A stretch of DNA of 41,041 bases from Candidatus Latescibacterota bacterium (GCA_038279365.1 JAYODI010000054.1:1-41041); one strand, 5' to 3'. Shown: positions 18,513 to 28,604, counted from the first letter of the stretch. Made by a program: numbers and translations. The notes: a model not told the origin generated them from the letters alone.

Positions 18513-20066
18513 TTGATTGCTATCAAGCGGTATGCAATGGCTCTAATTGTGAGTATGTGCTCTTTTCAAGTGTCTGCACAAGAATTGGTTACGTCGAACA
18601 CTTGTGCTCAATGTCACAGTTCTGATGGAAATGTGCTGATGGTGTCGGGGGAAGATGTGAGCCCCATTCAGGGGTGGAAAGCATCGGTCATGGCATTTGC
18701 ATCACAAGACCCATATTGGCGAGCAAAAATGGCAGCAGAGGTGGCCGATCGGCCGAGTATGAAAGCGACCATTGAAAAGGAATGTTTGACTTGCCATGCC
18801 CCTGTTGCTGTGGCCAAAGCTGTGGCAAATGGACAGCCTTACACCCGTGAATCGCTCGAACACGATGCCTTGGGGTTGGATGGTGTAACGTGTTTGTCTT
18901 GTCATCGCATTGCACCAGATGGTTTGGGAAAAAAAGCGAATATGAGTGGGCATTTTCAATGGGCAAAAGATGAGTCGGTTTATGGACCTTATCAAAACCC
19001 ATTGCAAAGACCTATGTGGATGCATACGGGTTTTGTGCCTCAATATGGCGCACACATCGAAAGTGCTTCGTTGTGTGCGTCGTGTCACAATTTGTACACG
19101 CCAGTTTTAGATGATGACAATCAAGTGGTGGGGCAATTTGCAGAGCAAACTATTTTTAGTGAATGGGCGGCTTCGGATTATGCCGAAGTGGGAGAGACGT
19201 GTCAGTCGTGCCACATGCCCGGTTTGGCAAACAATTCGCGCATTGCATTGATGCCTCCGTTTGCCCCTGTGCGAAAAACGGTGTGGAACCATCGTATTGT
19301 GGGGGGCAATACGTTTTTGTTGTCTTTGCTAAAATATAAGCGAGATGCATTCAATGTATCGCGAGAGGAATTTGATTTTGAGCGAACAATAGAAGAAACG
19401 CGCACCTTTTTGGAAACGGCAGTGGAAATGGATATGGAAGTAAAAACAGAAGGTGATTCAGTGGATGTGGTGGTTCGCTTGACAAACCTGACGGGACACA
19501 AATTTCCCACAGGATATCCCGAACGACGTGCTTGGTTACATGTATGGGTGGAAGACCCTGCAGGGCATATTGTTTTTGAAAGTGGTGCCGTGGATACGTT
19601 GGGGCAAATTGCGATGGACAGAGAAATCATGCCTCATTTTGATTTGATCAATGCCTCAAACCAGGTTCAAATTTACGAAATGATTCCGGGCGACTTGCAG
19701 GGTCGAAGAACGCGACGTATCTTACGTGCCAGTACAAAGCTTAAGGATAACCGATTGTTGCCCAGTGGCTTTCATGATACGATGGATGAATTTGGCGAAG
19801 ATATAAAAGTGGTGGGTGCCGCATTGGAAGATGATAATTTTGATGGCGGTGAGGGGGCTGATCGGGTGACTTATCGTTTTTATCGCAAAGGGCAAGTGGC
19901 TTTGCGGGTATATTGCGAGTTACTCTATCAACCCGTTCCACCTCAGGCCATTCAAGATTTGGAAGGCTTTGAGGGCGTGGATGTTTCGCAATTTCTACAT
20001 TTAACACGCGTATCAAAACCTCCTATGCAAGAGACTATTGGGAGCATATCTAAAATCATTCAATAA
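18513..20066 (+). CDS. Periplasmic multiheme (5 x CxxCH) cytochrome c
   Basis: CAQCH, CLTCH, CLSCH, CASCH, CQSCH; DPYW, GHKFPTG, DNRL motifs; signal peptide ending QVSA; TTG start behind AGGTGAGG. Confidence 0.85.
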   Translation: MIAIKRYAMALIVSMCSFQVSAQELVTSNTCAQCHSSDGNVLMVSGEDVSPIQGWKASVMAFASQDPYWRAKMAAEVADRPSMKATIEKECLTCHAPVAVAKAVANGQPYTRESLEHDALGLDGVTCLSCHRIAPDGLGKKANMSGHFQWAKDESVYGPYQNPLQRPMWMHTGFVPQYGAHIESASLCASCHNLYTPVLDDDNQVVGQFAEQTIFSEWAASDYAEVGETCQSCHMPGLANNSRIALMPPFAPVRKTVWNHRIVGGNTFLLSLLKYKRDAFNVSREEFDFERTIEETRTFLETAVEMDMEVKTEGDSVDVVVRLTNLTGHKFPTGYPERRAWLHVWVEDPAGHIVFESGAVDTLGQIAMDREIMPHFDLINASNQVQIYEMIPGDLQGRRTRRILRASTKLKDNRLLPSGFHDTMDEFGEDIKVVGAALEDDNFDGGEGADRVTYRFYRKGQVALRVYCELLYQPVPPQAIQDLEGFEGVDVSQFLHLTRVSKPPMQETIGSISKIIQ

Positions 20067-20119
20067 TTAAAAGAGACAAAAACGTTGCATCGTAATTGTT
20101 TTAATTGTGCAACAAAAAT

Positions 20120-20157
20120 AAAAGCACATGTGTTGCATTGCAACATATGTGCTTTTT
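20120..20157 (+). terminator. Terminator-like hairpin centred on TGTTGCA-T-TGCAACA (possible enhancer)
   Basis: AAAAGCACATGTGTTGC-att-GCAACATATGTGCTTTTT. Confidence 0.65.
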
Positions 20158-20211
20158 GGATTTTGTTTTTAAATAATTGTTTATTAAGGTAATATGTTTT
20201 ATTTGCTGTGT

Positions 20212-20227
20212 TGGCACATGGGTTGCA
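20212..20227 (+). promoter_or_regulatory. sigma-54 promoter for the TolC-RND operon
   Basis: Consensus TGGCAC-ATGGG-TTGCA, 37 nt upstream of the TolC start, with an AT-rich tract upstream. Confidence 0.85.
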
Positions 20228-20264
20228 ATAGTAAATGATACCACCACAAAGAGAGGATTGAAAG

Positions 20265-21587
20265 ATGTTTAAATATGTGACCTGCTTGACATTGGTTTTG
20301 AGTTTGTCAGTTGGTGCTGAAGATGTGAAACCGGTGAGTTTGGCACAGGCGCAACGTTTTGCTATCGAAAACAACCATCAATTGCGCATTGCCGAAAGCC
20401 AAGTGGCACAAGCCCAGGCAAAAAAGTTCCAAACCTGGGCAGGGCATTTGCCTTGGGTGAAATTGACCGAATCGGGCATTCGCACCAATGATGCGGTGCA
20501 AGCTTTTGGTATGCGATTAAAGCAGGAGCGTTTTACTCAGGCCGATTTTTCTATTGTTGCATTAAATGACCCGGCACCCATCACAAACTTTCAAACGCAG
20601 CTTGAAATTCGCCAACCCTTGTTTTTGGGTGGTGAAACCCTTTATGGACGCAAAGCGGCCACTATGGGGGTAAAAGCATCAGAGGCACAATTGGTACGTC
20701 AGGCGCAGTTGGTGCGCTTTGAAACTGCAAGGGCTTATTGGGGGGCGGTGTTGGCGCAAGAGGCCCTTAGAGCCGTTCAAAAAGGCCTAGAGACAGCCCA
20801 AAAACACGCGACCCAAACAGAGGTGCGCTATCGGGAAGAAACGGCAGATATGGCCGATGTGCTTGCGGCACGTGTGCGTGTGGCCGAATTGGAAGGTGAG
20901 GCCCTTCGGGCTTCTAACGATGTGGCCAATGCTCGCGACAACTTGATTCTTGTTATGGGGTTGAATTTTGATGATGGATTAACCCTTACAGACAGTTTGA
21001 TGAGAAAGCCAGTTCCCAATGATTTGGAGCGACTTTTAGATGTTGCCCAAAAACATCGACCAGATTTTCAAGCTGCTCAATTGCAAGAAAAAGCCACTGG
21101 ATATGGTGTGGGTGTGGCTCGGGCAAAATATATACCTCAGGTGAGTGCTTTTGCCACCTTTGCCTTTGACAGCGAAGACTTGCTTAAGCGAGAAGGGGAA
21201 AGTTGGTTGGTGGGGGGGCAAGTGTCTTGGGACATTTTTTCGGGTGGGCAAACCCTTGGCAAAGTGCGTGAAGCCAAAGCAACACATTTGGGTGCTCGGG
21301 CTGCTGTGGAATTTAAGCAGGCCGATGTGATTCGGGAGGTGCGGGCATCTTATCGCAATGTAATGGCCGCCAATGCCCAAGTGGATATTGCGCAGCGGGC
21401 TGTTGGGCATTCTGAAGAACGGTTGCGCATTGCCCAATTGCAATATCGGGAAGGGTTGTCAACGTCACTCGATTTGCTCACTGCCGAATCTGACTTGCGA
21501 AGAACACGTGTTTTATTGCTTCAGGCGTTGTATTTGTTAAATTTGGGACTGTCAGAGCTGGAAGTTTCTGTGGGACAAACACTTTAG
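20265..21587 (+). CDS. TolC family outer-membrane factor
   Basis: Signal peptide, two OEP-type helical repeats, QPLF.GG, YREGL...LDLL. Confidence 0.9.
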   Translation: MFKYVTCLTLVLSLSVGAEDVKPVSLAQAQRFAIENNHQLRIAESQVAQAQAKKFQTWAGHLPWVKLTESGIRTNDAVQAFGMRLKQERFTQADFSIVALNDPAPITNFQTQLEIRQPLFLGGETLYGRKAATMGVKASEAQLVRQAQLVRFETARAYWGAVLAQEALRAVQKGLETAQKHATQTEVRYREETADMADVLAARVRVAELEGEALRASNDVANARDNLILVMGLNFDDGLTLTDSLMRKPVPNDLERLLDVAQKHRPDFQAAQLQEKATGYGVGVARAKYIPQVSAFATFAFDSEDLLKREGESWLVGGQVSWDIFSGGQTLGKVREAKATHLGARAAVEFKQADVIREVRASYRNVMAANAQVDIAQRAVGHSEERLRIAQLQYREGLSTSLDLLTAESDLRRTRVLLLQALYLLNLGLSELEVSVGQTL

Positions 21588-21609
21588 GCAATTATTGAAA
21601 GGAGTTGCT

Positions 21610-21804
21610 ATGAGCATGGATCGCATTATTCGTATGTTTGCTGGCCTCTTTGTTTTGGCGAGTTTGGCATTGGGGTGGTATGTAAGCCCCTATTGGTTCT
21701 TGTTTACGGCTTTTGTTGGTTTTAACTTGTTTCAATCATCTTTAACTGGATTTTGTCCATTGGAAATAATTTTGGCAAAATTGGGTGTTGGAAAAGCCCA
21801 TTAA
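21610..21804 (+). CDS. DUF2892 (YgaP-like) two-TM protein
   Basis: DRIIR.FAG, FVGFNLFQSSLTGFCPL; SD AAGGAG. Confidence 0.9.
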   Translation: MSMDRIIRMFAGLFVLASLALGWYVSPYWFLFTAFVGFNLFQSSLTGFCPLEIILAKLGVGKAH

Positions 21805-21819
21805 TCGCAAAGGACATAC

Positions 21820-21981
21820 ATGGATATACTTTGGGTCATTTTGATGTTGGGGGGATATGTATTTGTGATGCGATATTTATTGCCCAAAATGGGTGTGGAT
21901 ACGTGAATGGCACCCCGTGCTCTGGATGAGCAAGTAGGCAAAGAAGAGACTGGGAATCGTCGGCAAGAGGAGAATGCATGA
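21820..21981 (+). CDS. Putative small membrane selenoprotein (53 aa, Sec at codon 29); 28 aa if TGA is a stop
   Basis: [62 protein letters not shown]; final stop overlaps the MFP ATG. Confidence 0.65.
21904..21932 (+). promoter_or_regulatory. Candidate bacterial SECIS element
   Basis: TGA + 11 nt + TGCTC-TGGAT-GAGCA hairpin with G at loop position 2. Confidence 0.55.
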
Positions 21982-23051
21982 AACGTTTGATGTTCATATT
22001 GGGAGTGGCTCTGCTTGGTAGTTGTGCCGAAGAGAAACATCAGAATATGGCACCAGAATCTGGTGAGGTCCAAAAAATAACTTCTGAAATGGTGCGCTTG
22101 GCCAATGTGCCTGTGCCAGTGACCGCGGTGGGAACGACTGAGCCCTATGCACGTGCCACGCCGGGGACGCGTCTTTTGGGGCGGGTGGCTTCGGTGGCAG
22201 TCGAAGAAGGCCAACGTGTGAAAGCCGGTGAGGTGCTGGTGCGCATAGAGGGAAGTGATTTGTCTGCAAAGCGTCAGCAAGCGGCATCGGCACTACAAGA
22301 AGCTCAGGCTGTGCGCGACAATGCCCAAGCGCAGGTGAGGCGCATTCGCAATCTGTTTAACGAAAAGGCGGTTTCCAAACAGGTTTTGGATGAAACGGAA
22401 ACGGCTTTTGAACGGGCAAGAGCCAATGTGGTTGCTGCCGAAGGCGCACTTATGGAAGTGGATGCCAATGTGGGATATTTGTCGGTGTCTTCACCTGTGG
22501 ATGGTATTGTGGTACAAAAATTTGTTGAATTAGGAGATATGGCCACACCAGGTGCGCCTCTTTTTACGGTGGAGCAACAAGACCCAATGAAGGTGACCGT
22601 TCAAATCAGTGAGCGCGATTTGCCCTATATCAAAGTGTCACAACCTGTTGTGGTGCGCATTGAAGCGACACAATATCGCAAAGATTTGGATGGCCGTGTA
22701 GAAGCCGTGATTCCTTCGGGTGATCCCCGCAGTCGTACATTTGAAGTTCGGGTGGTTTTGGATAATAAAAGTGCGACCCTACAATCGGGCATGTTTGCAC
22801 GGGTGCAATTTCAAAAAGACAGTCGTCCTGGGTTGTTAATTCCGGCATCTGCGGTGGTGCAAGAGGGACAATTGCAAGGCGTTTATGTCGTTGATGGCGA
22901 TCGGGTGCGGTTGCGATGGGTGCGGCTTGGAAAGGTATTTGGTGATCGAGTAGAAGTCATTTCGGGGTTGTCTGTGGGAGATGAGATTGTGACGGATGGG
23001 TTTAAGAGCCTGCGAGATGGCCAAAAGGTGGAGGTGGTAAACAATGCGTAA
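21978..23051 (+). CDS. RND efflux periplasmic adaptor (MFP), lipoprotein
   Basis: Lipobox LLGSC; lipoyl halves [12 protein letters not shown] and SPVDGIV; helical hairpin; VEVISGL..GD. Confidence 0.95.
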   Translation: MKRLMFILGVALLGSCAEEKHQNMAPESGEVQKITSEMVRLANVPVPVTAVGTTEPYARATPGTRLLGRVASVAVEEGQRVKAGEVLVRIEGSDLSAKRQQAASALQEAQAVRDNAQAQVRRIRNLFNEKAVSKQVLDETETAFERARANVVAAEGALMEVDANVGYLSVSSPVDGIVVQKFVELGDMATPGAPLFTVEQQDPMKVTVQISERDLPYIKVSQPVVVRIEATQYRKDLDGRVEAVIPSGDPRSRTFEVRVVLDNKSATLQSGMFARVQFQKDSRPGLLIPASAVVQEGQLQGVYVVDGDRVRLRWVRLGKVFGDRVEVISGLSVGDEIVTDGFKSLRDGQKVEVVNNA

Positions 23052-26000
23052 ATTGGGTGTTGCAGGTCAGGTGGCGCATTATTTTATCCAATCGAAGCTC
23101 ACCCCCTTAATCATTGTGGCATCTTTGTTGTTGGGGGCTTTTGCAGTGGTGATGTTGCCTCGAGAAGAAGAGCCTCAAATTAAGGTACCCATGGTAGATG
23201 TATTTGTTTCTGCGCCAGGGTTATCGGCCAAGGAAATAGAGAAACGCGTGACCACTCCAATGGAAAAATTGTTGTGGGAAATACCGGGTGTGGAATATGT
23301 GTATTCGACTTCCAGCCCAGGACAAAGCATGGTGATTGTCAGGTATTATGTGGGTGAAGATGAAGAAGACAGTATTCTCAAGACGTATAACAAACTGTAT
23401 TCAAATATTGATAAAATTCCCCCTGGGGTTTCTCAGCCCCTTGTTAAGCCTCGTTCAATAGATGATGTGCCCATATTGGCGCTTACCTTTTGGAGTGCAA
23501 ACTATGATGGTTATATGTTGCGTCGTATTGCGGCTGAGGTCGAAAATGCCATAAAGGCCATTGATGATGTGTCTGAAACACAACTGATTGGTGGGCTTAG
23601 AAGACAGCTGAATGTGGCATTGTATCCTGATCGGTTGGCGGCTTTTGGGGTGACAGCTGGTGGGGTTTTGGAAACCCTGCGTGGGGCAAATCGTTTGTTG
23701 CCTGCTGGAGGGATTTTGGAACGCAACCAACATGTGGTGGTCGAAACGGGGTCTTTTTTTGAAGATGCCGACGATGTGGGTGCGGTGGTTATTTCGGCCA
23801 CTGAGGGGCGGCCGGTATATTTGCGCGATGTGGCACAAGTGATAGATGGCCCAGAGGAACCTGCTGATTATGTGCGGTTTGGTGTGGGGGCGAGTGAGCA
23901 AACGGGTGGTTTGGATGCTGCAATTGGGCAAACCTTTTCGGGGGTAACGCTTTCGGTATCTAAGCGAAAGGCCAAAAATGCCATTGATGTGGCTCACAGA
24001 GTGTTGAATAAGGTGGAGGCGTTAAAGGGGCGGATAATTCCCAGTGATGTTGAAGTGACCATTACGCGCAATTATGGCGAAACGGCAGCCGAAAAATCGA
24101 ATGAGTTGCTTTTTCATATGGCCTTGGCCACCTTGTCGGTGATTGTTTTGATTTGGTTTGTTTTGGGGTTGCGTGAAGCCGGTGTGGTGGGTGTGGCCAT
24201 TCCGGTGACGTTGGGATTGACGTTGTTGGTGTTCTATTTGTATGGGTATACCCTCAATCGCATTACTTTATTTGCCCTCATTTTTTCCATCGGGATCTTG
24301 GTAGATGATGCCATTGTGGTGGTTGAAAATATGGTGCGCCACTTTCGTATGCCCAACAACCGTGGTCGTTCATTGACCGAAGTCGCCGTTGAAGCGGTTG
24401 ACGAAGTGGGTAATCCGACCATATTGGCCACATTTGCGGTCATTGGGGCCATTTTACCTATGGCTTTTGTAGGGGGATTAATGGGCCCTTATATGCGCCC
24501 AATTCCCGTGGGGGCAACTGCGGCGATGATGTTTTCTTTGATTGTTGCATTTGTTGTAACCCCTTGGGCGGCTTTGCGTTTGTTAAAACAAGACGGCGAC
24601 GAACACGCTCACGAAGCAGAAGGGTGGACCACCCAAATTTATCGCAAGGCAATGAATCCTTTAATTGCTTCGGGTAAAAAGCGCGGTATTTTTCTGTTGG
24701 GGATGGTGGGCTTGTTGCTTATGGCAATGACCACGGTGGGGATAAAATTTGTGATCGTGAAAATGTTGCCTTTTGACAACAAAAGTGAATTTCAGGTGAT
24801 GATCAATATGCCAGAAGGCACCACGTTAGAAACGACTGCTTCGGTGGCACAAGAAATGGGAGCTTATTTGGCACGTGTGCCAGAGGTGACAAACTACCAG
24901 ATCTACACGGGGACATCGGGGCCGTTTAATTTTAATGGGTTGGTCAGGCATTACTTTTTGCGAAAGGCGCCCCATCAGGCTGATATTCAAGTTAATTTGA
25001 CGCCCAAACATGACCGTTCGCGACAAAGCCATGACATTGCCAAGGCCGTCAGACCAGAGTTGACAAATATTGCACAAGCGTGGGGAGCACGCATAGAAGT
25101 GGCAGAGGTCCCACCAGGCCCACCGGTATTACAAACCCTTGTGGCTGAAATTTATGGTCCCAACTATGATCGCCAAATTGAGGTGGCCCAACAGATTTTG
25201 GCGGTGTTTGAACAATCGGAAGGCGTCGTGGATGCCGATTGGTATACGGAGGCCCATCAAACGAAGTATCGCTTTGTGGTCGATAAAGAAAAGGCTGCAC
25301 TCAATGGGGTGAGCACAGAGCAAGTGGCACAAACCTTGTCTATTGCGGTTGGAGGTGTGGTGGTGGGGTTGGCCCATCAAGACGAAGAAGCTGAAGATTT
25401 GAACATCGTCTTGCAAGTTCCCGTGGCCGAACGCTCCAGTGTGCCAGATTTGTTAGAGGTGAAGGTGGCAACTCCAACGGGCACATTGGTTCCATTGGGC
25501 GCATTGGTACAGGTGCTTGAAACAAACACTGACAGAAGTATTTACCACAAAAACCTCAAGCCTGTTGTTTATGTGACAGCCGATGTGGGGGGGCAATATG
25601 AAAGTCCGGTATATGCCATTATGCAATTGGGTGAGGCCATTTCAAAACTTCAGATCCCCGAAGGGTATGAGATTGAACAATTTACAGCAAGCCAACCCTT
25701 TTTGACGGACAAGTTGGCCATGAAGTGGGATGGTGAGTGGCATATTACATATGAAGTTTTCAGAGATTTGGGTTTGGCTTTTGCGGCGGTTTTGATTCTG
25801 ATCTATATTTTGGTTGTGGCGTGGTTTCAGTCGTTTTTGACACCGTTGGTTATTATGTCGGCCATTCCCTTTTCACTTGTGGGCATTATGCCCGCACATG
25901 GGATGTTGGGGGCATTTTTTACGGCCACATCTATGATTGGATTTATTGCTGGGGCTGGTATTGTGGTGCGGAATTCGATCATATTGGTCGATTTTATTAA

Positions 26001-26241
26001 TTTGAGAATTGAAGAAGGTTTCCCCCTCGAGCAAGCTGTGGTCGATGCTGGGGCGGTGCGCTTTCGCCCGATGTTGTTGACGGCGGCGGCAGTCATTGTG
26101 GGGGCTTCGGTTATTTTGTTTGACCCCATCTTTCAAGGTTTGGCCATTGCGTTGATGGCTGGTGAGGTGGCGTCATTGTTGTTGTCGAGAATGGCCGTAC
26201 CCATATTATATTATATGCAGCGTAAATCTTTGGCAGATTGA
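23044..26241 (+). CDS. RND efflux permease subunit
   Basis: 1065 aa; [43 protein letters not shown]. Confidence 0.95.
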   Translation: MRKLGVAGQVAHYFIQSKLTPLIIVASLLLGAFAVVMLPREEEPQIKVPMVDVFVSAPGLSAKEIEKRVTTPMEKLLWEIPGVEYVYSTSSPGQSMVIVRYYVGEDEEDSILKTYNKLYSNIDKIPPGVSQPLVKPRSIDDVPILALTFWSANYDGYMLRRIAAEVENAIKAIDDVSETQLIGGLRRQLNVALYPDRLAAFGVTAGGVLETLRGANRLLPAGGILERNQHVVVETGSFFEDADDVGAVVISATEGRPVYLRDVAQVIDGPEEPADYVRFGVGASEQTGGLDAAIGQTFSGVTLSVSKRKAKNAIDVAHRVLNKVEALKGRIIPSDVEVTITRNYGETAAEKSNELLFHMALATLSVIVLIWFVLGLREAGVVGVAIPVTLGLTLLVFYLYGYTLNRITLFALIFSIGILVDDAIVVVENMVRHFRMPNNRGRSLTEVAVEAVDEVGNPTILATFAVIGAILPMAFVGGLMGPYMRPIPVGATAAMMFSLIVAFVVTPWAALRLLKQDGDEHAHEAEGWTTQIYRKAMNPLIASGKKRGIFLLGMVGLLLMAMTTVGIKFVIVKMLPFDNKSEFQVMINMPEGTTLETTASVAQEMGAYLARVPEVTNYQIYTGTSGPFNFNGLVRHYFLRKAPHQADIQVNLTPKHDRSRQSHDIAKAVRPELTNIAQAWGARIEVAEVPPGPPVLQTLVAEIYGPNYDRQIEVAQQILAVFEQSEGVVDADWYTEAHQTKYRFVVDKEKAALNGVSTEQVAQTLSIAVGGVVVGLAHQDEEAEDLNIVLQVPVAERSSVPDLLEVKVATPTGTLVPLGALVQVLETNTDRSIYHKNLKPVVYVTADVGGQYESPVYAIMQLGEAISKLQIPEGYEIEQFTASQPFLTDKLAMKWDGEWHITYEVFRDLGLAFAAVLILIYILVVAWFQSFLTPLVIMSAIPFSLVGIMPAHGMLGAFFTATSMIGFIAGAGIVVRNSIILVDFINLRIEEGFPLEQAVVDAGAVRFRPMLLTAAAVIVGASVILFDPIFQGLAIALMAGEVASLLLSRMAVPILYYMQRKSLAD

Positions 26242-26279
26242 TAAAGAATTGAAAGCTGGTTTGGGAAAGGACTTGTCTT

Positions 26280-26624
26280 TTGTTTTTGCGTGGGGTCGTC
26301 ATTTGTGTTTGGATAGGCTTTGGATGTCTGGGGTGTGAAAAAACACCTGTAGATGGAAGAACAGTTTTTTTAACCGTTGGGTGTGCGCGTTGCCACGGCA
26401 ATGATGGAGAAGGTGCTTCATTGGGTCCGCCGTTAGAGGATCTCAGGCGCAAATTTAACCAACAGGCACTGACGGCATTTTTAGACAACCCAATAGCCTA
26501 TGCCGAAAAAGACGAACGGCTTCAAAAGTGGCGAGATGAGTATTATACACCTATGCCCAAATTGCAAATGACCGATGAACAGCGTGTGGCTTTGGTGGGG
26601 TATTTGTTTGAAAAACATCCGTAA
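26280..26624 (+). CDS. Monoheme cytochrome c, probable lipoprotein
   Basis: LGC lipobox, CARCH, GPPL, distal MP. Confidence 0.85.
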   Translation: MFLRGVVICVWIGFGCLGCEKTPVDGRTVFLTVGCARCHGNDGEGASLGPPLEDLRRKFNQQALTAFLDNPIAYAEKDERLQKWRDEYYTPMPKLQMTDEQRVALVGYLFEKHP

Positions 26625-26668
26625 TGATTTAAAAAAATTAAAATCATCTTCGTTGATGATGTCAGCTC

Positions 26669-26706
26669 AAAAGGCTATGGTAGAAGTTTCTGCCATAGCC
26701 TTTTTT
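26669..26706 (+). terminator. Intrinsic terminator of the efflux operon
   Basis: AAAAGGCTATGGTAGA-agtt-TCTGCCATAGCC-T6. Confidence 0.9.
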
Positions 26707-26850
26707 ATCGTACGGTTAAAATTTTTTATAAAGTCATGTTTTTTTAAGAATATTTGTGTTGACTTGGGCATGATTTGTTAGTAAAACTGCGTTAACCCGT
26801 ATTTCAGATGGCGCTTGGAAATATTCTCCCTCCCAAGTTAGGTGGTCGTG

Positions 26851-27072
26851 ATGAAGACCGAAACGGTTCGTTGTATGGCTTGCCAACACTTGCGTGTTGT
26901 AAAGGGTATACCCGTATGTGGGCATTGTGATCGTCCTGTAACGCCTGGCAATATGCTTGCCACTCGTGTTTTTTTGTCTGATCGAGGTGTTTGCAAAATG
27001 GCAGCAACATTGCAGGTGGCTACCGGAGAAGAACTGTTAAAGGTAGAGCGTATTTTGCACGGGTATATTTAA
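26851..27072 (+). CDS. Small CxxC-x11-CxxC (zinc-ribbon-like) hypothetical protein
   Basis: MKTETVRCMAC...VCGHC; AGGTGG SD; TTGACT-17-TAAAAC upstream at 26759-26787. Confidence 0.5.
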   Translation: MKTETVRCMACQHLRVVKGIPVCGHCDRPVTPGNMLATRVFLSDRGVCKMAATLQVATGEELLKVERILHGYI

Positions 27073-27192
27073 CTATTCTTTTAAACTGCGTGTGATTTTG
27101 CTTGACTTGTCTGTCTTAAAAGCCCATTTTCCTAAAAGCTTGGATATTACGGGGCATGGGGCTTAATTTGGGGTTATAAAAAATTTGATGAA

Positions 27193-27223
27193 ACCGTTTC
27201 CAAGCTTTGGAGGCGGCTTTTTT
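27193..27223 (+). terminator. Intrinsic terminator just upstream of the response regulator
   Basis: CCGTTTCCAA-gct-TTGGAGGCGG with G-U pairs, then T6. Confidence 0.65.
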
Positions 27224-27249
27224 GTTGCCTGCTCTTAGGGGAGGATTTT

Positions 27250-27627
27250 GTGGCAACTGTTGTAGTTCTTGACGATGACGATTTTGTTCGTCGATTTGTT
27301 TGTAAACTTTTGCAAATGTTTGGCCACCACGTATTGGCCTATTCAGATGCCCAACCTGCTTTGGATGAAGTCGATTTCGATGAGGTCGATTTGGTTATTA
27401 CAGACCTGCAAATGCCCACTCCAGGAGAAGTGGCCATTAAAACCATTCGGGAACGAGGTTTTGATGTGCCCATTGTGGTGATGAGTGGGCACGTTGCACC
27501 TGAAAAGGTTGATTATTATATTGAAATTGGTGCCCAATCTATTTTGCTTAAGCCATTTACGATTGATAATTTTTGGAAGATTAATGGCGCTTGGATTCCA
27601 AAAATAGGAAACCAAAAAGTGGTTTGA
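27250..27627 (+). CDS. Single-domain response regulator (CheY-like)
   Basis: VVVLDDD, TDLQMP, VMSG, KPF; SD GGGGAGG. Confidence 0.9.
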   Translation: MATVVVLDDDDFVRRFVCKLLQMFGHHVLAYSDAQPALDEVDFDEVDLVITDLQMPTPGEVAIKTIRERGFDVPIVVMSGHVAPEKVDYYIEIGAQSILLKPFTIDNFWKINGAWIPKIGNQKVV

Positions 27628-27648
27628 TGAGTTGGTCTAAACAAAATG

Positions 27649-27681
27649 AGCCCTTTCGAAAAAATCGGAAGGGCTTCTTTT
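27649..27681 (+). terminator. Intrinsic terminator
   Basis: AGCCCTTTCGA-aaaaa-TCGGAAGGGCT-TCTTTT. Confidence 0.75.
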
Positions 27682-27740
27682 GTATCTGTGGTGTTTGGGA
27701 AAGCTTACCCGTTAAATTGTATTTATGAAAGGATGTTGAA

Positions 27741-28604
27741 GTGCTGTTAGATCATAAAGTTTCTACGGAAGACATTAAACATTTTGACCAAAATGGCTAC
27801 TTAATTGTTCGCAACGCGTTAAGCCCAGAAACGATTGCCCGTTTGATAGAGGCTGGTGATCGGTTGCTGAGTAGCAATTTGAAGCAAAACCGCCAAACAG
27901 CGGTGGGTGGGTTGTATGATGGGTTTCGCAATGCGATTGTTTTGGATGATGCGTTTATCCCGCTGATTGATCACGAGGTTATTTTGCCCACTGTGGTTCA
28001 ATTGTTGGGTGCGGATCTTCACATTATGACTTCACATTTGATCTACAAACAACCCGATCCCACAGATAAGCCCGATTCGTATCGTCAGCCGGGTTGGCAT
28101 CGCGATTATGCCATGGCCACTCACGATTTGGGCAATGCCGCTATTCCGCGTATATTGGTCAAATGTGCCTATTATTTGACCGATTTAACGGAACCGAAAC
28201 GTGGTGCAACGATGGTCGCACCAGGAAGCAACCATCTTTTAGGGCGCCCAGAGATTGCGGAAGGAGAGGTAGATCCCAATGGGGCGGTTGAGCCCAGTTT
28301 ACAGCCGGGTGATTGTTTGATATTCGAAAATCGCACATTTCATGCAGGTGCTGTACACCGTGGAGTCGATACCCGGAAGGCCATTATGGTGGGGTATGGA
28401 TACCGTTGGGTGATGCCCATGGATTATGTGCGGCAACCCGTTTCGTTTTTAGAGAAGTTGACACCCTTGCAAAAATATTTGGTGGGTGAGCCTTTTGACA
28501 ATGTTGAAGAATTTCAGGTCAACGGTGGGCGAAACCCCTTAAAAGAATGGTGTGAAACACTAGGTTTACCTGCTGCGCGACATCCACAACCCCAAAGTCG
28601 TTAA
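27741..28604 (+). CDS. PhyH-family Fe(II)/2-oxoglutarate dioxygenase
   Basis: F.QNGYLIV, WHRD, YYLTD, PGSNH, PGD.LIF...FHAG...R. Confidence 0.9.
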   Translation: MLLDHKVSTEDIKHFDQNGYLIVRNALSPETIARLIEAGDRLLSSNLKQNRQTAVGGLYDGFRNAIVLDDAFIPLIDHEVILPTVVQLLGADLHIMTSHLIYKQPDPTDKPDSYRQPGWHRDYAMATHDLGNAAIPRILVKCAYYLTDLTEPKRGATMVAPGSNHLLGRPEIAEGEVDPNGAVEPSLQPGDCLIFENRTFHAGAVHRGVDTRKAIMVGYGYRWVMPMDYVRQPVSFLEKLTPLQKYLVGEPFDNVEEFQVNGGRNPLKEWCETLGLPAARHPQPQSR

